A DNA stretch of 64,000 nt, from assembly GCF_021869535.1 (NCBI RefSeq), contig NW_026262679.1:123752001-123816000 (forward strand). The letters run 5' to 3'. A program made the translations under genes and the position numbers. Under the pieces are notes generated by a model. It saw only the letters and a list, made by a program, of their open reading frames with translations. It had not been told where the DNA came from and made no database searches. Numbering within the stretch: position 1 is the first letter of the stretch; each line of letters starts with the position of its first letter. The DNA is from Mytilus californianus. Taxonomy: Eukaryota. Below are positions 51,455-64,000 of this stretch, piece by piece.

Positions 51455-51630
51455 TGACAGACGTTTTAGTGTGCACATTACGGAGGTAGTCCCAGATTCT
51501 GTTAAATTCATTTTTTCGGCATGGACATTTTCAAAAAGTTTTAATTACAGACGCTTCAACGTGCACATTAAGGAGGTAGTCCCAGATTCTGTTAAATGCA
51601 TTTTTCGGCATGGACATTTTCAAAGTCTTC
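51455..51630. repeat. Tandem duplication, ~90-bp unit x2
   Basis: gtgcacatta.ggaggtagtcccagattctgttaaat occurs at 51471 and 51561. Confidence 0.9.
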
Positions 51631-52714
51631 CAAACTTTACTGAAATATTAACAGTATAAAGAAGGAGATGTGGTTTAATTGTCAATGAGACAACTATCCA
51701 CCAGAGTTTTAATGACGTGGATATAAGCAATTATGACACTTACATACACGTGAAATGGCATTTATCTGAACGTGTTATCAAACTTAATACCGTAATAGAT
51801 TGTTCAAACCTGTATTTTTTGTTAATTTTATCATAATTTCAAGACCCGTAGGAAATCGTCTAAATATTTAACAAATCTTCTAAATCGTTATTTTCATATT
51901 GTCTTTCAGACACAAATCGATTTCTCTTGGTTGAGGACGTCCTTCTTTATGCGTGTATGTGTTTCCTTAGTAAATACAGCGAATGACCTAAACTGTAGGC
52001 ATTTTATTGACTAAGTAAATACAAGGCTTGGCCTAATCATCTCATGATTTTTCAGTTTTTTATCAAATGACCTCTAATGGCTAAAAAATAAAAACAACAC
52101 GTTATAAATTTCCTACGTCCGACGCGCTTTTCTGGAGTTACCTTTATCATATGAGACAGTGTTCATACACAAGCATCTCAACAAGAATAAAAAGAAGCTA
52201 GAATTTCATTTTACTTCATTATTTGGTGACTTTGTTGAAAGCATATATTCAATCAATCTTGAAATTAAGAGTACCATTGATACTGTTAAGTCTGCCTCAT
52301 TTATTGACTTAAATCTTGAAATTGACAATGAGTATAGATAAAGGCAACAGTAGTATACCGCTGTTCGAAATTCATAAATCGATTGAGAAAAAAACAAATC
52401 CGGGTTACAAACTAAAACTGAGGGAAACACATCAAATATAAGAGGAGAATTACGACACAACAGAAACACAACATTAAAATGTACACACAGAAACGAATTA
52501 TAATATAACAATGGCCATTTTCCTGACTTGGTACAGGACATTTTAAGAAAAAAATGGTGGGTTGAACCTGGTTTTGTGGCTAGCCAAACCTCCCGCTTTT
52601 ACGGCAATGTTAAATATAACATTAAAATGACAACATTACATGACAGGACTACAATACAAATAAATGGGAGACATATAGGACAGAGAAACATACGAATAAT
52701 AGCTAACAAAAGGT

Positions 52715-52990
52715 ACCAGGTTTAAAATTTAATACGCAAGACGCGCGTTTCGTCCACACAAGACTAACCAGTGACGCTCAGATCAAAAGCCAAAACAAGT
52801 ACAAAGTTGAAGAGCATTGAGGACCAAAAGTTCCAAAAAATTGTGCCAAATACGGCTAAGGTTTTCTGTCTGGGATAAGAACATCCTTAGCATTAGAATA
52901 ATTCATACTTTTGCAAACAGTAAATTTATAAACATGACTATATAATAGATATACATGATAACACCGAAGTGGTGACTAACTACAGAATAA
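52715..52990 (-). mobile_element. Retrozyme-like repeat with mutated HHR (52735-52776)
   Basis: Reverse complement: CGTCA CTGGTTA GTC..GAC GAAAC GCGC GTC TTGCG. Confidence 0.7.
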
Positions 52991-53469
52991 AAACGGATAC
53001 ATAAAACAACATAAACCAGCACATAAAAATTCACAGCCGAGTTAGCCAAAGAGATCATCGCACAAAGTGACGTCACATTTGAATTTCTAAACATTTTCCC
53101 CAAAATAGGATAGAATTAGGATAGAATTCAAGATTAGGTTTGTAATACTTATATAACATTTATTAATAACAATAAGAATTACAATACTAATTAATATAAA
53201 ATTGTGGTAGTAATTAGATAATTAATTGTATAATCTAGCTATGTCGGTGTTTCTTCTAAATCAAACTGTAAACCAAATATATCGTATAAATTTAGTTTAC
53301 CCAAACTAAAATCTAATAAAAGAACTGGGTGATTAATTATCTTTACCATAACACATGAATACAACAGAAAAAAATAAGATTTACAACTACAAACGATAAG
53401 ACATAATATAAAATATTGGTATGATTTCCAATGAGAGAACTATATCCAGCAAAGCCAAATGACGTAGAT

Positions 53470-53960
53470 GGTCGTAGTTCATTACGACAATAGTGATGAT
53501 TTCAGCTTTCCAATTATAAATTTTTCTGTTTCATTTGCAACACACAGCATCGCCTGTATATAGATTATTTATCTCCGAGTTGATACGATATTCTAGAGCT
53601 TGCGTTTCTTACTTGATTTTCTCACTACAGATTTGCTGCTAACAAGGAAGCTTAAGAGCCAGAGATGCATAGCGTTAAAGTTGAAGTACAGTGTAGTCCC
53701 TTCGGAAGTTTTACTGAGGCCATTGTAAATTGGTGACCTTTATGGAGCATCTGTGTCACAGAAAACCAAGGATATCTTCGAATTTTTGAAGACATTCTCT
53801 CGTTTGTTTTTCGTCGATGGTGACATCACAGAATGGATTCATACGTACCATGAGCAACACGACGTATGCCACATGTGAAGCTTACCCTTCCGATGCACCA
53901 AATATCAGCCCGGATTTTTGTTGGGTTTGTGTTGCTTAGTCTTTAGATTTTATGTAGTGT
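53470..53960 (+). pseudogene. Degenerate PLE RT C-terminus plus tail
   Basis: gatgatttcagctttccaattataaatttt (DDFSFPIINF); tcgagttgatacgatattctagagcttgc-type motif (LIRYSRAC); tail gccacatgtgaagcttacccttcc. A short RT piece is also at 52210-52330. Confidence 0.75.
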
Positions 53961-55734
53961 TTTTTTTTATTCTCCCTTTGGTGTCTTCCACCTTTTTTAC
54001 AGCTACACGAGATTCATCCATCTATTTTTTGGCGATTATAACAATGACAAAAAAAAGAAGATAGCATCCATGCAAAAGTGATAAGATTTCCCTCGATTCC
54101 CATAATATAATGCAATACTAAACAACTCTGCCTGAGTAAGCTGAATCTTGAGTTAAGTTATTCAAAATACTTATCATTATAGTAAACTTTTTATAATGAG
54201 TATTTTTATAATTTTTTTCAAAGCGCTAAATACTAGACAGATTACTTAATTTCAGTCCAGAAAAAGTTATTGTTAAATTTTAGGATAATCATTAATGCAA
54301 TAGATAAATGTCAGTTATATATTTAAGGAAAGATCTCCTTGAATGTAAGACAGGAATTTGTTTACATAAATCCATGAAACAATCTTATTCATGTATCTGT
54401 GGTGAGTTTTAATTCCTGACATACAAGATTTAATAATATAATAGGACACAACTAATTTCCAGCCTGACAGCATTATCAAAAATCCCCTTGCAATGATTTG
54501 TTGTCCATCATATTCCCAACAGTTCAACAGCAGAGATTATCTGATGTCGAAAAACAAACCGAAAAATAGCAGTAATGATATCTATTTTAAACGAATCCGT
54601 AATTCTATCGTTGGAAGTTTACGCTCATTAATTTTAATGTTTAACTTAAAGTATAGTCGACGTGAATTGTACAATAGAGGTAATGGAAAAGATAGGCGCT
54701 AGAATGGTGTAACAAAGGAAAAGGACAGATATTAAAAAGTGATGAAGAATTGCGTATTGACATTCCCTTTTTGAGTTAGTAGAAGACAAATCATTAAAAT
54801 TCAAATATACCTTTATGATGAACTTAAATTGAAAATGCACATCTACAAGCTTGAATCTCGGTACTTACCTGATGAAAATTAATAGAGTCATGTAGATTGG
54901 TGATTGTGTGCAAAATTCATGTTATTTTATGCAAACTAGATTTGTAAATCCTCCACGTAAAGTTGTGTTAGAAATATTGAGCTGTTCGGTTTTTTTGTGT
55001 TGATGCTCCGATACGTTTTATGTTATGTATTTCGCCTCTAAAAGAGGAACTGTGCCCTGACGTTGTGTCAGCAATAATTTATATTCTGATTAGGTTCTAC
55101 TTTGAAATTTATAAACCACTGTATTGTCTTTCTTCAAAACAAAGATGACATCAAATGCTTTCATTCAAAGAAACAGAACCCCACATAAGCCTCCTTCCAA
55201 ACATTGGTATATTGCTTGATCTTCCACGAGGCATTATTCAAAAGAAAACGTCATTCCAAAGACTTGTTATATAATTTTGATTTTAAAAAAGAAGGGAATA
55301 AGTTAAAAGTTAACAAGACAGGTGTCATTAGTTGCGTAGGATCTCTAATCTGGCAGGTTTTTGATAGGACTGAGTCTTTAATTGTATGTAGTGTTTTGTT
55401 GACTTTTAAGTTTTGTTTCGTCTCTAATTTTCTTTTGGTCATTGTCTTGCTTATGCTTTAAACATGTCTCAGTGTATATAATAAGCAAAACAGATATCTT
55501 ATAATAAGAATGATTTTTTCGAAAAGAATTTCATTTATTGTCTTTTGAAAATTAATACAAATAGTTACTTATTTAAATTGTTTCCATTTTGTTGAAATCT
55601 TTCCTCCAATATTAAAACTACGAAACAAATTGTGGTTTGAGGTCATTTTAAGACACTTATGGAATATTTTGATCAATTGCAGCTGCCTTTTCATTTTCAA
55701 TGTTGCTCTTGGGGATTCTTAAATTTTAGGTACA

Positions 55735-55864
55735 CTTAACATAGCTGTATTTGACAAAACTTTTAGGAATTTTTGTTCCTCAATGCTTTTTAACTTCGTA
55801 CTTTATTTGGCCTTTTTAACTTTTTTTATTCGAGCGTCACTGATGAGTCTTTTGTAGACGAAAC
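55735..55864 (+). mobile_element. Retrozyme-like fragment ending inside an otherwise perfect HHR (55835-55864)
   Basis: CGTCA CTGATGA GTC-ttttgta-GAC GAAAC, then unrelated sequence. Confidence 0.8.
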
Positions 55865-58559
55865 TTGAAAAATAGAACTTCAAACTGAGCGATAAGACAA
55901 TTTTTGGAAATTTAGCAATCGTTCTAAGATTTTGAAGAATTCTTACGATATGTATACAGACCATGTATAGCAATTTTTAGTGCTATCTGATTTGCACACT
56001 TTAAAGATCGCCAATTGCACAATTCTAAACAAATGAATTATACTTTAGATGGCAAATTTCAACCTAATGGTTATTTCTTTTCATTCTAATATATATATCA
56101 ACTAAGTAGTGGATTTTACATCAATACAGGAAATAAATGGTCTGAGATGACCTGGACAATTGTCATAGACTATCGATCATCGTTTGGCTTTAAATAATTC
56201 GAAAAATCCATACCGACAAGTCAGCTATAAAAGGTCCCGACATGATAAAATATGAAACAGTTCAAATGAAAAAAAAAAACAAGTGCCTGATTTATGAACA
56301 ATAAACGAAAAACAAATATGAAAGATAGCTACCAACGACAATCACTGAATTACAGGCTCCTGACTTTGAACAAAACATATAAACTGGTTATGAAAAGGTC
56401 AGACACCTTGGCGCAAACCAAGTTGTTAAAAACAGAAAAAAAAGCTTTGTACAATGTCCTAAAGAAAGGCAGAAAGCACAACCCGTCAACCAAATATCAA
56501 CTAGACCTCTGCTGAAAAAGTATGTAAAGCCCATTCTCCTGTTTTGAATGCGAGTATGAGGTTATAAAAAAATTGGCGTCACTGAAAAAGTGAATTTGAA
56601 TATTTTCTTTATGAAAACGAGTATTCCAGGAGTAATAAATAATATAGAAACGCAATTTCACCCATTAAAACTTTCGAAAAAAAGGAGAATAACTTTTGAT
56701 TGAAGTAAGCTGGTTTCTGAAAATAGCAAGCTGTCCAGCATACCATAAAAGAGAGGCAAAAGTTACCAAAGTGATATTCAAACTCGTAAGACAATCCCTC
56801 ACAACAGTACACAAAACATAACATAGAAAACTAAAGACTGAGCAACATGAACCCCACCAAAACCGGGGGTTTGTGATCTCAGATGCTCCGGAAGGGTAAG
56901 AAGATCGTGATCTACCTGCGGCAACCGTCGTGTTACTATATAATATGTCAATAAGTTTTCTCAAGAAATTAGACATCTCAAAACAGCGGATATTGACTCT
57001 TATCTTACCCTAAAACATCACCAAAGTAATAAATCATCGGTAAAGTAAATGCTCTAGCCTTCAAACTTGACCGACTGTGAACATTTAAATAGAAACACGT
57101 TGTTTGGGACAAAAGATAACCGTGAAATATAGAAGGCGAAAATATAAATGGCATATTAAATAAATGCAGTTTTCACACATTATCAATATACAAAATTGAA
57201 ATTACCTTAACTAGTTAGTTAGATACAGAGATCAAACTCACATATCAACTAATGCAATCATGTCTTTAAGAAATTCAAAACACCAAAAACAGTTTAAATT
57301 GTAAAATTTTACATTTGAAGATCATTGACAAACACTTCCAAATAAAGATGTTTTAACTTTTTGTAAATTAAAAAAAAATAAATCACAATGTTCATATCGA
57401 GAGAGGTCAAGGGGCAAATGTAGAAAGATTAGAGTGAAAATGCACAATTTTGGGACAGATCAGATTAAAGGGACAAAAACCATCAAACCTTTTAAAACAA
57501 TAAACAAAGCAAACGGTTCTCAATGCAACACAACATTATCTAATTGTCGTCATATTGTATCTCTCACTACAATTACTTTTATTTATTCTTATCTGCCATT
57601 TTATGTAATATTCATATTTTTTTGTGTCTTTGAATTGTGTTTTTATTTTTAGAGAATAAAAGTACATGTATTATCATGTTTCTTCTTCATTGTAATGCCA
57701 TCATTCATGGTGGGCCAATACTTGTTTATTTCGCATTTTGTCAAGGCATTTCACACACCTTTTTTATCAAAGAATTATTAAAATCAAAACGCTGAAATTT
57801 GATGAAACAACATGACCAGATTTCAACCTTCCTGAACCAATTGCAAGTCTCGCCTACTTCAAATGTTTTGGACATATAAACTTGATCAGTAGGTGGTGAT
57901 TCAATCTGAAAAATATGTTTGCTATCTATTTACTGTAGAAATTGTATAAAGAAGCATATGGTCGATTGTGTTTCATCGTGGTAGTTTTACAAAATATATA
58001 TTGGTCGTGTTAGAATGACTATTAGCTCATTAAGTATGCAGTCTGAGAGGTGTTTTGTGTTTTGGGGTACTATTGATGTTTAGAATGATTTATATATATA
58101 TATCTATCAAACAGTTTGATTGCTTTTCATTATTTTCTGTACAGAAAACGATCTTATGTAATAAAATAAATTGAAAAGATATAGATAATACGGTTATTCC
58201 AATCCTTCATGATTATATCTTTCATGAGAGGAAAATCATTAATCCGCAATACAAATACGTCAGTTTGATTGATTGAGTTCAAAATTATCATCTACATGTA
58301 TTGATACAGTTCATTGTAAGGTTTGTGTGACTTTTAATCCATCTTTTCGTTTACGGTTAAGGTTACCGTACAAATATCATCTTCCACTTTCATACTAGAA
58401 AGAATTGATTTATAAAGTATATCTCTATAAATAGCGAATCCCACAAATATTTGAAATATGTGTGATAGTAAATAAAGATGCAACAGTTTCTGCAGGTAAC
58501 CTATGTCCAAAACTCGTAAATCCATTTTAAATATATAAATCAAAGAAAAACATGACAAA

Positions 58560-58605
58560 ATGAAGCTAAAAAACTCTACAGGATTAGCGTATCTTGTTAT
58601 GCTGG
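58560..58605 (+). CDS. Candidate first coding exon of a secreted or membrane protein (MKLKNSTGLAYLVML-)
   Basis: ATG at 58560, a basic-then-hydrophobic 15-codon run and a consensus donor G|GTAAGT at 58606. TATATAAA lies ~25 nt upstream. No downstream exon was identified. Confidence 0.35.
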
Positions 58606-59191
58606 GTAAGTGTCTCCAGATATGCATGCAGCCATAATAATATATAATCCACAATCAAAGTGCACATACAATGTATGAAAGTGAGTTAGAGGCAGCAGTA
58701 GACTATAATTATATAAATTAAATGATGTAAATAAAATAGTTCATAAGCTCACAAAAACACTGTAGAAATATTTGATGTCATAGAAAAAAATTACTGTTTT
58801 CCAACGTCATTAGATCAGTTTTAAAAAAACTCTGTCTGGTACCAGAATGTGACTTTTGGGTATTGCGATCATAAAATATTTCGATTTTAAAGGATTGAAA
58901 AACGTAAATTTACCAGATTCAAAAAGCTCTTCTAAAATGTGCAACCATATCCGAATTGCCACATGCATGCATAATGGGCCATTTAATATGCTTTAAATAT
59001 CTTTAGGTGTAATACTCCAAATTAGTACGTCACATCCGGTTGCATGTTAAAAACGGACAAAAAATATAATCACTTGAATTTCAGAGTTGTTTTGTTTCAA
59101 AGCACCTTTTTTTTTTTTTTGGTGTGCCTATAAAACTTGAGGCGACATAATTCCTAATAAACTCATCATAGATCCCAGGCTCAATTTTGTA

Positions 59192-59233
59192 CGCCAGACG
59201 CGTGTTTCGTCTACATAAGATTCATCAGTGACG
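59192..59233 (-). ncRNA. Minimal type I HHR, one stem II mutation
   Basis: Reverse complement: CGTCA CTGATGA ATC-ttatgta-GAC GAAAC ACGC GTC|TGGCG (G10.1 to A). It lies in a repeat at 59150-59290. Confidence 0.75.
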
Positions 59234-60699
59234 CTCAAATCAAAAAAGTAAATAAAGTACGAACATGAAGAGCATTGAGGACCAAAAAAACTGAAATTTC
59301 TACAGCTTGTAAACAGGAAAAAAGGGATGAAATTTGCTTGGTTTACCCTCGGTGATGGTTGTTTTCTATATGCAATGAAATATCCTGTGAAATTTTCACT
59401 GTAATACTGGACTTGATTAAACTTTACTCTGCCAAGAATTCGTTTATTTGAAAAAAAGATGAATTCTGCACATTTTGTTGAAAAATGCCAATTTAACAAA
59501 GACTAACAAGAGAAAAAATATGGCGGAGTAACCCCTTAATATATATAACATAGTTAGTTACATTATGTGCCGACTGACTGATTTCATGCTTAGTGAAGCA
59601 GCTTGTTTGTCAATATGCTTAGTTGACCATACAATATCGTCATTTTGATTTTATAGTTTTGTTTGCTGGCGATATAGATAATCATATGGTCACCGACTTT
59701 TTTTTTTTGGCGTATTAATCATTCTGTTACCTAGTTGGTAGTTAACAATATCGACGTAAAAAATACGGTGTACAACGCGATGATGTTACACTTATTTCGA
59801 TGTTTTGTTGTATGTTTTCACCTTGAACACCACTTTGGATGGTGTATACCGTAAATGCGAATTCGGTTACCCTAGTATTATTTTATACTGTGTAAACGGA
59901 AATTTCTGTATCAACAACATATTATTTTCAAAAAGATATCTATGGATTTAAAATAAGAGATTTGATGATTTGAAGACACATTCAAAATCGTTAATCGCCG
60001 ATTTTATGTGCTTTCTATACAAAAGTTCACGTATTCTGAAAAAAATCAATCAGTTAAAATTCCAGAAAATAGAAGAGATATAGCATTATTTTTCGATTTT
60101 TTATAGACAGAGTTTAACGACCCAAAGTTATATGCAAAATTTTAACATCAACCCCTTAAATCCAGGTGAACTTAAGATTTCAGGAAATGTAATGATGACA
60201 ATGATAATGATACCCGACGTGTAACTCGTGTTAAACATAAACGAAGATTTATATTTGACGGAAACAATTATACAACGAAGACATGATGGCCGCTCTTAAA
60301 TGATATATGTATATTGAGTCAAGTGTTTACATGAATGCCAAAAGTAAATCGAAGAGTAGCACCGGCTTGATGAAATCTTGACCTTCGAGTGTTTATTAAA
60401 AAAACAGAACATTTAGATACATTTAACTGAAAACCTCCATATGATCGTCTTCTCCTTCTCCTCCTTCTTTGCACGGAAATACTACATAAGTATTGAACGC
60501 ATTTAAATATATGTTACAAATTATTGATATAACCGATTGTTGGACTATTTATTTTGTCTATCGGTTGGTTGGATACTGGCTGAAAAAATACACAAAGAAT
60601 GTGGGCTGAAAAAGAACAAATATTTTTTACATATCTTTTTGTATATTTACTTCTTTTTGTATGTTTACTTGTTTTTGTTTAAATGTCTTTATGATCGAG

Positions 60700-61090
60700 T
60701 TAAGCCATTTCAATTGATATTTTATAGTGTGTCTTTTTATGTTGTTATGCTACACTACTGTCTCAGGTTAGGGTGAAGGTTGGCGCCTGTTAAAACCCGC
60801 TGCATGTTTATGCAACTGTCCTTAGTCAGGATCCTGTTGTTCAGTGGTTGTCGTTTGTTGGTGTGGTTCATAAGTGTTTCTCGTTTCTCGTTTTTACATA
60901 GATTAGACCGTTGGTTTTCCTGTTGAATTGTTTTACACTAGTCATTTTGGGGCCCTTTATAGCTTGCTGTTCGGTGTGAGCCAAGACTCTGTGTTGAAGG
61001 CCGTACTTTGACCTATAATTGTTAACTTTTTATATATTGTGACTTGGATGGAGAGTTGTCTCATAGCACTCATACCTCATCTTCTTATTT
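60700..61090 (-). mobile_element. Same repeat family, reverse orientation
   Basis: Reverse complement of 41377-41880 and 63735-64000. Confidence 0.8.
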
Positions 61091-61283
61091 ATATTTATTT
61101 TTACTTTTACATGTTCAGGAATATGAAACAATGTAATAACATAACAGTGTATATCAGGTATAATAATTAAATACCTTGAACGTCATGACATAAAATAAAA
61201 CACCCAAAAAGCCTCTAATGCCCCGTTTGTGTCATTGTGAAAAGCAGGTTGCCTATATAGAAACAGGTCGTGACGTCATAAAG

Positions 61284-62197
61284 ACTAGAGACTCTAAAGA
61301 GCCTGTGTTGCTCACCTTTGTCTATGTGCATATTCAACAAAGGACACTCTCCAACATTGTAGACGAGAATAAAATTCATGACAAAAATCTCTGTTTTGTT
61401 TATCTTGTATTGCTGATCATTTAGTCTGTTTAGTTTCTCTCTATCTTCTTTAATTTGTGCTCAAAACACAAAAGAGGGTTAAAATCTTATTTAAGGGCAA
61501 TCACTCCTATAAAGAGTGATAGTCTACTAACTATATCGGCAAAATTTTACTTGTTAGTAGATCTTGACTTGCTGATCATTTTTGTGATTTCAAGTTTCTA
61601 TTTATCTATTATGATTTTATCATATAAGGCAAAACGCAAAAAAATGGTAAAAATCGTTATCAAAGGGCAACAATTCTAATAAGGAGTCGACTGACGATTT
61701 CGACCATGGGACTTATTTGTAGAACTTGTCTTGCTGATCTTTTTTTTTTACAATTTTCAGTTTTCTCTATCTATTTTAGTTTTCAATATAATAAGCAAAA
61801 ATGACAAAAAAGGTAAAATTTGTCATTTAAGGGCAATAACTCCTATAAGAAGTCATCTGACAGTTTTGACGTATATAGACAATTGGTAGAGCTAAACATT
61901 CTGAACATTTCTGCGCTGTCAGATTTTCTCTATTTATAACGTTTTTCAAAATAATGGACAAAACTTGCATTTAGCCATGTCGGCCATCTTGGTGGGCAAG
62001 CGGGGTTATCGGACATCGGACAATTGTGTAAACTAGATACCCCAATGATGATTGTGGCCAAGTTTGATTAAATTTGGCCCAGTAGTTTCAGAGGAAAAGA
62101 ATTTTGTAAAAGTTAACAGACGACGGACGTCGACGGACGACAGACGCCAAGTGATGAGATAAGCTCACTTGGCCCTATGGACCAGGTGAGCTAAAAA
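61284..62197 (+). mobile_element. Helentron-associated non-autonomous element (HINE/DINE-like) with internal ~168-bp satellite array
   Basis: Subterminal inverted repeats gctcacct (61310-61317) and aggtgagc (62184-62191). 3' hairpin gctcacttggccc-tat-ggaccaggtgagc, (GACG)n microsatellite at ~62118-62146, and internal repeats aagggcaa at 61493, 61663 and 61829. Confidence 0.8.
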
Positions 62198-62324
62198 AAT
62201 CAATGACATGAAGAATGATGTTGAAATTAAAAAATTACCGTAAACCGTTAACAGTTAAATCTAATCATCATATGAAAGCAATCAAACTAGCTATTCGTAA
62301 ATAGAACAATTACACCTATATGAC

Positions 62325-63730
62325 TAAAGGGAGTGAACCCAAGCACGGCAAATGGTCCAGACAATATATCATGTAGAATATTGAAAGAGTGTGCAGAGTC
62401 AATATCACCATATTTACAGTTAATCTTCACCAAAACACTAAAAGATCAAAGTGTACCACAAGACTGGCTAATTGCAAATGTTATCGCACTTTTCAAGAAA
62501 GGGAATAAGAGTCAACCAGTCAACTATCGCCAAGTATCCTTGACATCAGTTCCATGTAAAATAATGGAACATATCATATTTAAACACATAATGAACCATC
62601 TTGACAAGCATAATATACTTGTGGACTTCCAGCATGGCTTCAGAAGCAAAAGATATTGTGAGTCACAACTAGTCATAACAGCAGAGGACATAACTATAAA
62701 TCTGGACAATAACCAACAGGTAGATATGCTTATATTAGACTTTAGTAAAGCATTCGACACAGTACCACACCAGCGTTTGTTGAAGAAACTTGCATCATAT
62801 GGTATCGATGGAAACATACTTGCCTGGTTAGAAGCATGGTTGACACAAAGAGAACAACAAGTCACACTGGAAGGGGAAAGATCAAGTACTGCTAAAGTAA
62901 CATCTGGCGTACCACAGGGAACAGTTTAAGGACCATTGCTGTTTCTCCTATACATAAACGACATAGGGAACGACATAACATCAAACATTTGCCTGTTTGC
63001 AGATGATAGCTTACTATATCTTACAATATCAACAAAGGACGACTGCAATCATCTACAAGAAGATCTTGACAAAAGGGTAAAATGGACCAAAGTTTGGCAA
63101 ATGATATTCAATCCTTCAAAATGTTATGTCCTTACAATAACCAAAAAGAGACAAACCATCAACTTCAATTACAACATCAATGGACATATCCTGGAATCAG
63201 TCGCATCAAACCCATACCTAGGAGCTGAACTTACCAACAAAATGTCATGGGACAAACAAGTTAACAAAGTAGTCACTAAAGGAAACAGAGCACTAGGCTT
63301 CATACGAAGAAATGTTGGATCCTGTCCAGAGGAAGTCAAGAAACAAGCATATCTTGCCCTTGTGCGACCTCACCTTGGATACGCTTGCAGCGCATGGGAC
63401 CCTCACCTACAAAAACATATATACCAGATTGAGATGGTCCAGCGCCGTGCAGCACGCTTTATCAAAAGCAACTACTCAAGAGAGCCTGGAACAGTTACAA
63501 CTCTTTTAGAAGAATTGAAACGTACACCACTAGAAACTAGAAGAAAAATAGCATGCATAACGCTCTTTCATAAAGCCATCCATGAAAAAGTTGCTATACC
63601 TATTCCATCGCACATTTTAAAACCTAGAAGAACTTCGAGACTCCATCAACCGAACACAAAAAGATATGTACAAATCAGGCCATACAAAGACATTTACAAA
63701 TACAGCTTTTTTCCGAGGACCATCAGATAG
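62325..63730 (+). pseudogene. CR1-group non-LTR retrotransposon ORF2 RT domain, 5'-truncated, one in-frame stop
   Basis: ORFs 62333-62929 and 62936-63730 share a frame: GPDNIS..LKEC, NYRQVSLTS, QHGFR, LDFSKAFDTVPH, SGVPQGTV*GP, LFADD, WQMIFNPSKC, VQRRAARF, YSFFPRTIR. Confidence 0.92.
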
Positions 63731-63734
63731 ATAT

Positions 63735-64000
63735 AGGAAGATGTGGTATGAGTGCCAATGAGACAACTCTCCATCCAAGTTACAATTTATAAAAGTAAAC
63801 CATTATAGGTCAATGTACGGCCTTCAACACGGAGCATTGGCTCACACCGAACAGCAAGCTATAAAGGGCCCCAAAAAATTACTAGTGTAAAACCATTCAA
63901 ACGGAAAAACCAACGGTCTAATCTATATAAAAACGAGAAACGAGAAACACGTATGAACTACATAAACAGACGACAACTACTGTAATCAGATTCCTGACTT
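63735..64000 (+). mobile_element. Same repeat family, abutting the CR1 3' end
   Basis: aggaagatgtggtatgagtgccaatgagacaactctcc... Confidence 0.8.

Noticed and set aside
54328-54401. EGF-like reading ECKTGICLHKSMKQSYSCIC followed by GTGAGT, and the antisense ORF 54315-54527
   Set aside because: The paralogous block at ~19975 has a stop in both of these frames, and the substitution pattern favours a different frame.
54869-54891. Minus-strand MTLLIFI with a CAG|GTAAGT donor
   Set aside because: The nearest acceptor (54541) gives an immediate stop, and one such 9-mer is expected by chance in 64 kb.
58334-58654. 106-aa hydrophobic minus-strand ORF
   Set aside because: No recognisable motif. AT-rich antisense frames are commonly hydrophobic, and it overlaps the better-supported plus-strand exon candidate.
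59515-59540. ggcggagtaacccc|ttaa, resembling a Kolobok/TTAA-type terminus
   Set aside because: No matching opposite terminus was found in the window.

Overview
AT-rich, repeat-dense animal DNA with one N-gap (24334-24486), most likely from a bivalve (Mytilus-like, inferred from the repeat families). There are no prokaryotic genes, rRNA, tRNA genes or CRISPR arrays, and no complete host gene. Most ORF-track entries are retroelement debris or shadow ORFs. (1) A ~17 kb block occurs twice (<=1-17068 and 21150-38877; mid-90s % identity by eye). It is either a tandem segmental duplication or two haplotypes assembled in series. The copies differ by several insertions and deletions, so each shows the other's empty site. 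(2) More than a dozen decayed Penelope-like element (PLE) reverse-transcriptase and 3'-tail fragments are present. (3) About 20 minimal type I hammerhead ribozyme (HHR) motifs from at least three families lie in retrozyme/pLTR-like repeats. One is fully canonical (638-679, identical at 21828-21869). (4) There is also a nearly intact CR1-group LINE RT, a Tc1/mariner pseudogene, tRNA-derived SINEs, Helentron-type HINEs and several MITEs. (5) An old, roughly four-fold repeated non-TE unit of unknown function may be a decayed gene cluster, and a candidate signal-peptide exon lies at 58560. The most interesting system is the PLE plus hammerhead-retrozyme ecosystem. The class is known; these instances and junctions are read directly from the sequence.
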